Shown here: piece after piece, positions 36,787 through 48,863 of the stretch
How the letters are laid out: the number at the start of each line of letters is the position of its first letter
Numbering within the stretch: the stretch's first letter is position 1
Origin: Trichodelitschia bisporula
Lineage: Eukaryota
Assembly: GCA_010356995.1 (NCBI GenBank)
Contig: ML996694.1
Coordinates: forward strand, 557,224 to 621,223
Reading direction: 5' to 3'
DNA: 64,000 nucleotides
The notes under the pieces: model-generated
Told to the model about the DNA's origin: nothing
Databases searched by the model: none
What the model saw: the letters and a program-made list of their open reading frames with translations, nothing else
Position numbers and translations under genes: made by a program

Positions 36787-37654
36787 GGAGAGGTGAAGGT
36801 GGGGATGGTGGGTTTCGCTTCGGTAATGTGCAGGCACGTCCGCTTTTTGGTTCGGGGTGTTGGGATGAAGAAGCAAAGTGGTGCGCCTTTTGGGGGGATA
36901 ATGTATACCCGGAGTTAGAGTTTGTACACGCGGTTATCTGTACATCGTGGTTCCGTTACTTCGATTTCCTTAAGGGCTAGGCTGGCGTACACATAATGGG
37001 GACAGGAAATCTGGGGTCTGGCGCGGCTGAGTGCAGATAAGGCTGCCGGTGTTACTTTCAGGTGGATGAAGTGTTTAGTGCCAAAGACAACATGGGTCAT
37101 ATAGGAAGCTGGTTAGGCTGTTCCATGCACTAGCTGTACATGCCGTGAAGCTGCTGTGAGATGCATATGAACTCGCCAGCGGTTGTTCGAGTACCTGAGC
37201 ACAGCCCACGAGAACTTCTCTTCCTCCTCGCATACGTCCCGCAGCGCGGCGTGGCGTACCCTAATTCTCTCTGGGGAGCATCATAGGTATGGACCTGACC
37301 CAGGAGCCTTTTCCGGCATAAACTCGAACAGAGCGGTTCGACCGGAACGAAGGAAGTCACCGAGTCACGTCAAGGCCGCCGGAGGTGCTAGGACAGAGTT
37401 AATCGCTTGATTCAAGCTGGTTGCAGACAAAAGTCCTACCAGAAAGGCCGCCTCAGAGCCACCCGTAAAGAGCATGGCCATCCGCGTCCGCAAAGGCCCC
37501 CAAGCAGGGCGGTCACCGTTTTTCGGATGGTCCTTGCCCCTTCAACCGCCTCAGACTGAAAGGCAGAGCCACAACGCAGCATCGTACCTGACGCTGGTCT
37601 TTTCCTCGAAGCTAACACGTCCACCGTAAGTCCAATGAGTCTGACGCCGCCCGT

Positions 37655-38078
37655 CTAGTGATTTCGAAAGTTTTTCTTCTGGTAGAACAAGTCTGTTCTC
37701 GAGCTGCCTAGGTTGATAATCTTGGGGCACCCATCGCGGTCCTTCTCGAGGCGTGTACACTCGAAGCAGTAGAAGGCGTCCGATATGCCCTGTGCCGTGT
37801 TAGTTTCATCCTTTGCTACCACACATTGCCCTACGTACCTCTCCGCCGCATACAATGCACTTGTTCTGGTAGTTACCGAACGAGCACTCGTCGCAGATGC
37901 GCACCAGCGTGGTCGGCCGCACGTAGCTGTCGCAGACGGGGCACTTGCCGTCGCACTTGTCACAGAGGCGCCCGATGGAGATACCGGGTTGCTTGCGGCA
38001 CATGACGAGGTCGCTGCGGGGAGGTTAGCATCGCCGCGGGGAATGGGTGAGAGAAACATACGGATGATGGCGAGACAT
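37655..38078 (-). CDS. RDS3: PHF5A/Rds3 SF3b splicing factor
   Basis: [39 protein letters not shown]...[31 protein letters not shown]; introns 38014-38061 and 37790-37838. Confidence 0.98.
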
Positions 38079-38402
38079 GGCTGGTAAGTGCGAGTTGAGA
38101 CGGGACGAAAGGGCCAGGTGTGAGAGTAAAGATCACTGCGGGTAACGGAAGCGACGTTAATAGCAGTTCGAGAGGGTGGCGAGCTTATGTCGAGGTCAAA
38201 TGTCCAGATGTTCGCCTTCCGCAGTCGTCGCCGCATCGCTTACTAACGCTTCTTGGCATTTCCAGGTGGTCCACGCGCCCTCCTCCCGCTTCCACCTCCA
38301 CTGCCCATGCAACGGTGACAAGGCTCAACCAGCAACATCGCTACAACACGCATCGCTATTGCATGGGCTTCGCGCATTTTTGCGCGCACAATAATTGTGA
38401 CA

Positions 38403-39668
38403 ATGGACGAAGCCGATCAGTCTGTTCCCCATTCTTACATGATCACCATTTCTAACCTCCGCAGATCGATCGCTTCAGCGGTCATTATCCCCGCGGCCAC
38501 CGAACAGGCTCCTCCTTTCCACCCAGCCCCCTCCCTCAAACGTCGTCAATCCAGTGTTTCTGTTGCCGACAACAAGCGTGCGCGCCTTAGTTCTTCTTCC
38601 CATAGCCCGAGATCGCCTGCGCCGCCCGCTGATCGTCCGCGTCGCGTCAACCACCAGGCTGAGGAGCGCAAGCGCGGCCAGCGGCTCTTTGGCGCACTGC
38701 TCGGCACGTTGTCTGCGAGTGCTAATTCAGACGCGCACACGCGGCGTCGCGACATTGAGAAGCGGCAGAAGAGGAAGCTGGCGGAGCAGTTTGATGAAGC
38801 GTCGAGGCGGCACAAGGAGCGTATGGACGAGTTGGAGCTCGTTCGTAAGAGAGAGCAGGAGAAGTTTGACAAGGAGTTGGTTCGTACTTTTCGAACGCCA
38901 GTTTAGAGGGACAAGTGCTAAATAGTGTGCATAGATGCGTTCGCGCCACGAAAATACCCTCACGATGGCCCATTTCTTGTGCACGAAGACAGTGCCGCCC
39001 ATCGTAAGTGCAGCACCCGGCGCATCGGCTCTGCTAATCCCTTGTAGTACTACAAGCCCTGGGAGCTGCGCCCTGAAGATACCAACCAGATTGAAGAGCA
39101 GGTTGTCAGCGCCAAAGCCGAAATTGAGGCGGAACTCGCTGCCCTGGAGCAACGCCGCATCGACGAAGCCAAGGAGAAGGAAAACAAGGCACGCATGACC
39201 AACGTCGCGGCGCCTCCCGCAGAGTCGACCGATGACCTCGCGATACCTCCTCAAGGACACCAGGCTGATATCGAGCCCTCATACTCGGTGGGTTCAGAAT
39301 TAGCTGCACCCTCCGGCCCCGCCGCCGACGAGGGGGCTTCCGTATCCCAAGCTCGTGATGATGCTAGTCCTACTGACACAGTTATGCCTGACACGCCGCT
39401 CGAGTCACAGCCAGTCAGCGAGCGTCCTGCTGATGACACGGAAGCTGATAAACAATCAAGGGAGTCCCTCGAAAGTTCTGCGGATGCGTCTGCTGCCCAT
39501 GTACCTGTTACAAGTGCAGGACCCCAACCTCCCCAGTCGGAGCCCGTTTCCACCTCTACTGACGCTCCGACGACTTTGCCAGCTGCGCCTACACCGGAAG
39601 GTGAGGGCGCAGACGAGCAAAACGGGGATGTGCTCTTTGAAGCGGAGGAAGATACTGTCATCTACTAA
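38403..39668 (+). CDS. Pinin/SDK/memA-domain protein
   Basis: EERKRGQRLFGALLGTL and AHFLCTKTVPPI|YYKPWEL; introns ~38420-38464, 38880-38934 and ~39004-39047; acidic tail ending EEDTVIY. Confidence 0.9.
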
Positions 39669-40042
39669 CTAGCGTTGGGACGGGCTATGGTGCTGGTGTG
39701 CGGTCTGGAGTGGTCTTTTTGTACGTAGTGTGTCTCAGCCGCAGCTGCGCATTGCCGCCTACATACCGTACAAATCTTTATCTCGAGCTCGTGCATGAAT
39801 CGGCTCACCCATGCCATAATAGTTTTCTGATGTCACTTACGAGAGGTATATAAGTCAGTCATTGAGAACTCGGGACTCGGAACACCCAATTCGCACGGGG
39901 TCAAGGCTGCAGATCGATTCAGCCCTACCCGTATGCCTTGGCAGACAGGGAGGTGCAGGGAAGTTTGCGGCGGCATCTTTTCCCACCAACCTCACCCCAT
40001 ATCCGCACGGTAATCCCCTCTGATGCCCCCTCGTTTGTCGCC

Positions 40043-42000
40043 ATGGACGTACAAGACGAGCCCCCCCTTCGTGATGCAGAGTCTGCTCCCAGCTCTGCGC
40101 CTGCGCCTGACCACTCCGACGACGCATCCGAAAGCCGTGGCCAGAAACGCAAGTGGGATCAGGGCCCGCGGTTGCAACATGGCAGCCGAGGCCGTAAGGG
40201 AAAGGATTTGGGAAGGAATGAGTACTTGTACGTATGTTCCTCTCGCCCCTTTCGGCTCGCGATTGGTAAACAGACACATGTATCGCTTGCCTTGTACTAC
40301 GACCGTCTGGCAGCAATGAGGCTAACCGAACAAGTCGTAAAATGGCAGACAAGAGAACCCGCAACGATGATGCCGAAGCTAAACGCCAGAAAGAGGACCA
40401 GGATGGCGCCGTGAAAGCGCCATACCAGCCTCTGCAGTTCACCGAAGAAGAGATTGCAGCCGACAGCCGAAAGCCCAAGCGCAAGGTCGCCGTGTTAATA
40501 GGCTACTCCGGCACCGGCTACAAGGGCATGCAAGTGATGCCCGGCAACAAGACGATCGAAGGCGACTTGTTCGCCGCCTTTGTCGCCGCCGGTGCAATCT
40601 CCAAAGCAAATGCGGACGACCCCAAGAAGTCAGCATTAGTGAGATGTGCACGGACAGACAAAGGCGTGCACGCGGCAGGCAATGTGATCTCCTTGAAGCT
40701 TATCATTGAAGAGCCCGACATTGTGGAGAAGATCAACAGCCACCTCCCGCCGCAAATACGCATATGGGGCATGGAACGCACCATTGCGAGTTTCAGCTGC
40801 TACCAGGCGTGCGACTCGCGGTGGTACGAGTACCTCATCCCGACGCACTGCTTCTTGCCGCCTCACCCATCCAGCTTTCTGGGGAAGACACTGGTGCAGC
40901 TGGCTGAGGAGACGGGTGATCTTGAGGGGTACAAGGAGCGGCAGCGGGAGGTGCTGGACTTCTGGGATACGGTCGAGGCCGAGCGCATCAAGCCCATAGT
41001 GGACGCACTAGATGAGGGAACGCAAAACACCGTCAGGGATGCACTTGCCGGGCCTGAGGTTACCGAGGATGCTGGTGCCCTTGTCGAGGAGTCTGATGAT
41101 GAGGACAACGAGACTTCGGATGCCACCCAGAACAGCGCCGAAGCTGGTACCGGTGCTACGGAAACAGATGCTGGCACTGGCCCTGATGACGAGAGCAAAG
41201 ATGGTGCCAACAAGGCGCCTCTCGATGCTGGGATCAAGTCGTTGAAAGAGGCATACATCGCGGCCAAGCGCGCATACCGCATCCAGCCCGAGCGTTTGGA
41301 GCGCGTTCGTCAGGCGCTTGCGAAATACGTTGGAACGAACAATTTCCACAACTTCACTGTCAAGAAGTCTGCCAACGATCCATCTGCCCAGAGACACATC
41401 CGCTCCTTCAATGTCGCGCCCGAACCTATCCTTGTTGGGGGCGGAGAATGGATATCGATGAAGGTTCACGGTCAGAGCTTCATGATGCATCAGATTCGCA
41501 AGATGGTTGGGCTGGCTGCGCTTGCTGTGCGGTGCGGAACACCGCTGGATCGCATAACGGAAGCAATGCAGCTGGAGACGTTCAGTATACCGAAAGCGCC
41601 TGGGCTGGGTCTCCTTCTCGAGCGACCCGTCTTTGACAGCTATAACGATCGTGCTATCGCCAAATTCGCGCGGGAGAAGATTGACTTTGGCAAGTACGAG
41701 GAGGTCATGGAAGATTTCAAGCGGAGGGAGATTTACGACAAAATCTACCTAGAGGACCAGAAGGAGAACATGTATGTTCTTTGGCCCTACTCTTATCACC
41801 CGGCGCTAACTTGTCGCAGATTTGGTACCTTCTTCAACCATATAGACAACTTCAAGCAACCAACATTCTTGTACCTCTCCTCCAAGGGGCTTGCTGCTTG
41901 CGAGTCTGAGGTGCGCACCTCGACGAACCAGAAACCGTCGTCCAGAAAGAACAGGCACAAGCAAAAGGCTCGCAGGGATGCTGAAGGAAATGAGGGATGA
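40043..42000 (+). CDS. PUS1: tRNA pseudouridine synthase Pus1 (TruA family)
   Basis: KRKVAVLIGYSGTGYKGMQ, catalytic ARTDKGVHAAGN, GTNNFHNFT, GQSFMMHQIRKM, IPKAPGLGLLLE; introns 40228-40334 and 41772-41819. Confidence 0.95.
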
Positions 42001-42974
42001 GTGTGGACCTAGAACTAGTAGGCGTTCCTTCCCAGGACTGGGTGCGAACTCATATAAAGATCAGAAAATAAATGTATGAAGATACCGCCTTGAAGCCTTG
42101 ACATCCAACAGGTCTGAAGCTGGTGATGAGATCTTTACGTGGCCTGCGCGATTGGGCACCTCTGGCCAGCTAATGGGTCATGGGCAGCTCTTTCTTTGAA
42201 AGATCCTTTGAAGCGTATGAGCCTTGATCCTAGCTCAAGGGTCTGCCAAAGTGCATCACCCCATCCGCTCCGCTCTTCTATCTCTGCCCCCGAGGAACCG
42301 CATCAGACTATATATCTTGTCTTAACCATCGTGGATTATCTTGGTTTATCGTCCTCAATGCTGATTTTAAACTCTCCGCTGACAGCGGTCGGAATAGGTT
42401 ACCGACATGGAGGCGAAACAGGCGAGCAAGGATGAGGTGATCCATCAACCCTTCGAGTCCACAGGGACGGACGAAGCAGACAAGGCAAGATTCGTCGTAA
42501 AAGTTCCCGCTACTCATTTCCTGTCCGAACTAACCATGGCAGTGATGTGGCACCAAACTACGCCAGCGGCCTTAAAGCCATCGCGGAGTCCAGACATTTC
42601 AACGGGGTACTGGGCTGCGGCTCCTGGTGTTGCGGCTCCTGAATCGCCACTACCCCTATATTTTGCCCGTGCTCGCCCTTTCTACCAGTTGTAGAATGCT
42701 TTTTTGTGTGTGCTTCGGGGAGGGGTTTGGTGTTTGCTGGTAGGAGTTGGAATGGAAGGCTGATAACGCAATCACTTCTCAGCCTTACCTTATCCTAACG
42801 CATGTTCTAGCTATACCACCATAACAAAGTGGTCGGAAACTAGAACAGCCGAAGCAACACAGCGACACATTTCCCTCCACACACTTCTGCTTATCACACT
42901 CATGGATTAAAGCGCTATCTTAGCGTCACTACACTCTCCACCATCCCTCAAATTACACCCCCCTACCACCACTA

Positions 42975-45263
42975 TCACAACTTACTCTCCTCCCCCTTCC
43001 CCAACCCCCCACTCATCAAATACTCCCCCCCATCCCCCGTCCCATCGTACAACACCGCCTCCCTCCCCCCCCAAGTCCCCCACCACGCCGCCGCCACCAT
43101 CGCCCGCTCAGCATCCATCTCCCCCCCAACCAACACCTCCCAAAACCGCGTACGTGCCACATCCCTCATCCCCGCGTCCCCCACCCCGCGCACCAGGCCC
43201 GCGGCAAGGGGTAACCACTCCTCCAACAGCGGCACGGGGAGGAACGGCAGCGCGTCCAGCAGCGTGAGTACCAGCACCGCTTGCTCGGACAGCGGCACCG
43301 GCGCCTCCGATTCGCCCGGCCTAGGCGCGAGCGGCGTTGTGCCTGCGGTACCGGCGCGGTGGTGAAGCAGCTCCAGCACTATGGCGGGGAGATCGGGCTG
43401 GCTAGCTGCGAGCGGGGCGGGGGGCGCAGCCGTGCGCAGGAGGGTTTTAAACGCCAGCCTGAACTGGCGGGGCGAGAGGTGGGCTGGAAACACGTTGAAT
43501 AGGGCGCTGACGTACGTGGGGAGGTACTCCGCGGCGAGGGGCGCTGCGTGCGGGGCTGCAAAAACGGCGAGCGCGACGGAGTGCGCTGCTTCGAAGATAG
43601 GGAGGGTGTGGGGTGTGGGCGGAGTGGTAAGGTAGGGGAGGGCGGTGGGGAGGAGCAGGTCGGCGCTTGTGGAGAGGGGGAGGATGAGGGTAAAGTGCTC
43701 AGCTGTGTTGAGGAAGTAGTGGTCGAGGGTGCGGTCGAGCGGAGAAGGAGGGATGGTGCCGGGGTGCGGTGGGGCGATGTCGCTGAGTAAGGTGCCCGCG
43801 GCTGGGGGGTAGTTGGAGAGGATGTCGATGGAGGCAAGGGAGATGAAGGTGTATTGGGAGAGGCTGTCGGTGCCGAGGCGCGAGGCGATGAAATAGACGT
43901 TGCGCAGAGAGTGCAGGACTTGGGATGCGAGGATGGGGGCCACTGGTGTGTGTTAGTCGTCGTATATGCGTCTCTGAAGTCGACTTACCGGCGTCAGATG
44001 CCAGCACCCGATCGTTCAGCAGTCGGCCCACGGCACCGCGGAACACGATGACCAGCGCAAACAGCGCTGCCTTGAGAAGCTTCCACAGCGTCGGAATGGT
44101 GCGCTTGAGTGTCTCCTCTGGGAAGATGGCTGCTTCGTCGGGGACATCGACGCGCGAGAGCTTGATCTGGCGCCACTGCATGATGAGCGAACGCGTGAAC
44201 CCCGTCAAGTCCTCGACCATGGTCTGAATGATCCAGGGGTCGGAGATATGCTCCACCGCGTGGGCAATCAGTCGTGACAACGGGCCGAGAGACGAAACGA
44301 GCGGGCGCTTGAGTATCTGCTCGACTTGGTAGAAGGATGTGGTGTTGGCCTGTCGACATTAGATTGGGCATATCCGGCCGACCGTCGAACTTACCGCCCA
44401 GCTTAGCTTCCCCTGACCCTCCAAGATGTCCAAGTCAATCGCGCCGATGAAATACGCTGACTGCAAGCCTTCATGTGAGAAGAAGGCACTCCCAACAAGC
44501 ACCGGAAGCACCAACTGCCTGCATTAGCATCCCATATATACCCATACGCGGCTGGACTCACATTCCAGTCCAGGCCCGCCCTCTCACCATCCCCCAACAA
44601 CGGAAAGGCATGATTAAGCGTAAGCGCAACCGCATGTCCACCCAGCTCCTCGTGACCCCTCCCCTCCGCCAGTGCCATATTAACCGCGCGAACAAACCCC
44701 TCACCCAGCCTCCTCTTCGCTGATGCACTAATCCCCTCATCCCCAAACCCAATCACCAGACCACCGAGAACAAGCACATGTTTCCAGCGCTCGCTCCGCT
44801 CATCCGCACCAGCAACAACTGCGCGCATCCATGCTTCTGCCGGAAGTCCAATGTCCGGCTCGGGGACGTAGGGGTATGCGCCGCTCCCCGTCTCTCGGGC
44901 GGCGGCTTCATGTTCGCGCTTGATGATTGCTTGGGCTGCGGCGTGGAAGACACCGACAATGCGGAGGACTGTCTGAAGGCCATCGGGACGCTCCCAGAGC
45001 GCGGGTGCGGTGAGGAGGTGTGCGGTTAGGAGGGTTACGTTGAGGGGGTTATGTAGACGGGTTAGGAGGGCGGCAGCAGTGGAGAGGATACTGTAAGATG
45101 GGTGAGCTTGGAGTTACAAGGGAGCTGAGATAAAAAGAGGCGACATAGAACGTGCAAGAGGTCATGCGACGAGATGGAACGCAACTCACACCGGCGTATC
45201 CTGCTGAGCCGTCCACGTCTGCAGCGAGCGCAACAGCGTCTCGAGGATGCGGTCTGCAGGCAT
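42975..45263 (-). CDS. PEX8: Peroxin Pex8, multi-exon
   Basis: N-terminus MPADRILETLLRSLQ..LHNPLNVTLLT, RWKHVLVLGGL, HYFLNTAEHF, IFEAAHSV, LSPRQFRLAF, WWGTWGGRE; C-terminal SKL (PTS1). Confidence 0.92.
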
Positions 45264-45790
45264 ATCCGCAATCACCACGTCTCTACTCTTCGGTCAAAAT
45301 ATGTCGTGCTGGTATACACTTTCGATGTCGTCGGTGTCGCAATCTCCCTCGTGGAGACGCGCTGGAGGTGAAGCTCGATTCGGGGGTGGCAGGGACCTCG
45401 GCTGCGATGATGCGCCAGCGGGCGAGACGGGAGGCGCGCACGACGTGAGAGGAGGAGACGAGAGGTGCGATGAAAGCGGGACAAGTATTCGGTCTCAGTC
45501 ACATTGGGGTTGAGATGGGATGCGATAGTCGGAAGTGATGTTTGCGCCGCTGGTGTTGATTCCCGGTCCGCGAACCGCGAACCGGAGGGCTCGGGCCAAG
45601 CCCGTGATAACACTCCCCGTGATGCTCCTCCTCCGCGGCTTCTCCGCCGCAACCATCTCCATCTCCATAGAGCAAACAACCTTCAAGCCATCCACGACAC
45701 ATACCGGATTACAGTACCCAAGGCCACAATCCTCAAGCCTCGCATCTCATACCTCCCATCCCATACAATGCGTCCACCAGCCCCACGACA

Positions 45791-46222
45791 ATGAGCTTTC
45801 TCAACACCCTCACACCCCCCTCCGTCACGCCGCCCGACTACACCACACCACCCTTCCCCTCCCTCTACTGGCCCTTCCCAGTACACACCACCGCCTCACT
45901 CTACCTCTACCACGCAACCGACATATGGCGCTTTACGGTCCTATGGACGCTCCTCTTCTTCGGCGCCACGCACATCGCCGCCTCGCTCTACGCCGTGCTC
46001 GTCCAGCTGCGCAACTGGAAGCTCGTCTGGATCGTGCCCGTCGTGTTCGCCGTTGTCGGTGGGGCAGAGGCGTTTGTCGCGGGCAGTGTGGTGGGTGGTC
46101 TGCTGGGGGGGGTGTATAATGGCGGGCAGTTTCGCATGAGTACTTGGATTCCGTTTGTTTGGGGCGCGGTTAATGCGCTTGTTGTTGTGTTGGGCGGATT
46201 TGCGATTCAGAGCGGACTGTGA
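45791..46222 (+). CDS. TMEM170-family small integral membrane protein
   Basis: PPDYTTPPFPSLYWP, DIWRFTVLWTL, three hydrophobic segments, VYNGGQFRMSTWIPFVWG. Confidence 0.88.
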   Translation: MSFLNTLTPPSVTPPDYTTPPFPSLYWPFPVHTTASLYLYHATDIWRFTVLWTLLFFGATHIAASLYAVLVQLRNWKLVWIVPVVFAVVGGAEAFVAGSVVGGLLGGVYNGGQFRMSTWIPFVWGAVNALVVVLGGFAIQSGL

Positions 46223-46752
46223 GCTTTGGGGTTATAGACTATGGGTGTTTACGGGCGTATGGGCAGCATGGTCATGCTACGGCATGGGTTCAGCATTTGA
46301 GGCGTAGGGTTGAAATTGCCTTTGTTCAGCGAGCGGACAGGAAACGTCCTGAGCATGAGATGCGAGATTCAAAGGGAAAGCGTTGGATATCAAGGGACAA
46401 AAGCCATTGTTCTGTCTCAACAATGCCATCAAGCGTGATCAGACTGAGAGACGCTGCATCACAGAGCCAGCTGTGACGAACAATCCCCACCAGTCGCGGT
46501 ACTGTAGACGTGTCCAGCTTCGAGCTCAACGTCATGATAATCCGCGCCTGCTTAGTCACCACAGCAACCGACCGCATCGTACATCCGTACCTCGTCTCAC
46601 AGCATCAGCTGCGACACCAGCCATCGTCCTTGACGAGAGACACGCACATGCAAATACAAAAACCGGGCAGCTTAACCCATTACCCGGTATGAGGCCAAAA
46701 TCCTAGCCCTACTACTCCGCTCTCCCCTCATCAACGGATATCACTCAGCCTC

Positions 46753-46753
<1 letters not shown>

Positions 46754-46811
<58 letters not shown>

Positions 46812-46821
46812 NNNNNNNNNN

Positions 46822-46873
<52 letters not shown>
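46754..46873. other. Poly-C tract flanking a 10-N assembly gap
   Basis: C-runs at 46754-46811 and 46822-46873 around Ns at 46812-46821. Confidence 0.95.
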
Positions 46874-46874
<1 letters not shown>

Positions 46875-47101
46875 CCCACCGCCAGCCTCGGTCCAATTCC
46901 CGTCCACACAACCTGCAACAACGGCTTCCAGGCACAACTCCGGACAAGGGACTGATGAGCGTCAATGCGCCGTAAAGAGCAAAGAATAGCCACAGGACAC
47001 GACTCCGCTTGCTGAGGATACAGTATTTGATCGTAGGCTAACCTTCCCCTCTCTCCACTTCCACCACCCCGAATAGCCCCATTGCTCCCCATCTCGCAAA
47101 G

Positions 47102-48863
47102 ATGGCTCCCTTCTTCCCCAACGACATCTTCACCGACCCGCGGATCACTCACCAGTCTGCCACCCTCAACGGTCACAACTATCACTACCTCCTCGGCGTG
47201 CCGAAAGAGGGCGTCTTTTCCCACACCGTCTTCCTGGTATGTATATGTCCACCGCCTGCAGTACACTCGCCTATCTCTTCCCCTCCCCGGTCCGGTACCT
47301 TCCTGCAGCCCGTCGGCAAGGTCGAATCATGGTATCGGCCGCCCTCCGCGCCGCACACCCGACGTCACCGCCACCGCACTCGCCGGTACGCCGCGCGCAA
47401 CAACCCCGAAGTCCCGCCTTTTACGCCCCGCATTGCAGAGCCGGGGAGGCGGGAACGAGGGCGCGGCCTGCGCAACGGCCTGCGACTCCAGTCCCGCGGC
47501 GCAAGTGCTATCTCGCGGATGCAAATTATGCCGGCGGGGAGAGATACCGACAATCGGCTCTCGCTCCGCCCTTTTTTACCCACGGAACTTCGTTTGCTGA
47601 CGCACAAACTCTAGATCCACGGATGGCCAGATATCTCTGCCGGATGGCGCTTCCAGATCCCCGCGCTGCTCGAGCTCGGCTGCCGCGTTGTATGTCCCGA
47701 CCTGATGGGGTACGGGAGCACGGTAAGCGGCACCCATTGCTGCCAGGCACGCTGCTCGGCCTGGTCCAATTGCCGCGCTCAATTGCCAGGCCTGCAGTGC
47801 AGTAAAGTCATGTGAAACTAACCCGGGCGCGAATAGGACGCGCCTCGCGTACCTCCCGAGTCGCTGAGCCTGTACACGTTCAAGCGCGCAGCCGACGACA
47901 TCGAAGAGCTGGCGCGGCAGCTCGGTGCGAAGACCATTGTACTGGGCGGTCATGACTGGTACGTCCAGGGCCAGACGTGGCTGAGCGGGAGCTAACCCTG
48001 CGGCAAGGGGAGGCATGGTGGTTTGGCGCACTGTGGCCTGGAAGCCGCAGTTGGTAACACACGTTTTCAGTGTGTGCACCGCCTATACCCCGCCGTCTAA
48101 GAACTACGTCTCCACCGCCGACATCGTCAAGAAGGTGCCCCAGTTCGGCTACCAGCTGCACCTGGCCAGTCCGGAGCCCGAGGCGCGCATCACAAGCCGC
48201 AACGATATTCGCCAATTCCTCAAGGGCGTGTACAATGGCCGCGGGCCCAGCGGTGAGCGCGTCTTCAGCCCTGAGAAGGGTGTTCTGTTTGAAAACTTGC
48301 CCAAGATCGGCGAAACGAGGCTGTTGTCCGAACAGGTATGGAACAACCAGGCGGCCGGGCGGTCGCTGGGGACAGGGCGGAGTTAATTTTGAGCAAGGAA
48401 CTCGAGTACTACACCGACCAGTACCACCGCAACGGGCTGCATGGACCTTGTAGGTGGCATCCCCTTCCCTCCTAATCCCCAGCTCGGCCCAGCACCCGAA
48501 CACACCCGAGCTGACAACCCAGTCAACTGGTACCGAACGCGTGAGGCAAACTGGCGGGATGAGCTCGAGTAAGTACCGTACTGTCAAAGGGCGCCACCCT
48601 GCAAGCCCAAAGACCGTGGCTGAAGATATTGTAGGCTCCAAACCACCAAAATCACCATTCCTTCGCTGTTCGTCCAGGCGCAACGCGACGTCGTCCTCAG
48701 CCCCGCCCTGGCCGCAGGCATGGAGCAGTACGTGTCGGACCTAACGCGCCGCGAGGTTGATGCTACGCATTGGGCACTCTGGGAGCGTCCCGAGCATATT
48801 AACCGCATTCTCAGGGAGTGGTTCACCGACCGTGTGCTTGGAGGCGGTCAAAGCAAGCTGTAG
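47102..48863 (+). CDS. Alpha/beta-fold (soluble-type) epoxide hydrolase with PTS1, 7 exons
   Basis: FL|IHGWPD, PDLMGYGST, nucleophile GGHDWGG, NWYRTR, ATHWALWE, ends GGQSKL. Introns 47237-47614, 47723-47836, 47959-48007, 48336-48397, 48450-48522 and 48569-48634. Confidence 0.92.

Noticed and set aside
39666..39800. Stop-codon readthrough giving a cryptic PTS1 (pinin TAA-CTA; stops of several other genes also checked)
   Set aside because: The extensions examined do not end in a PTS1-like tripeptide, and TAA is a poor readthrough codon.
42407..42694. 95-aa ORF between PUS1 and PEX8
   Set aside because: No motif or splice support; cannot be distinguished from a chance ORF.
46754..46873. Very long poly-C/poly-G tract and poly-Gly ORFs
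   Set aside because: Flanks an N gap; the length is likely an assembly or sequencing artefact and the ORFs are meaningless.
47237..47614. TPP riboswitch or stwintron in the long intron
   Set aside because: No CUGAGA/ACCUGAU aptamer core, and no internal intron whose removal rebuilds a splice site could be identified.
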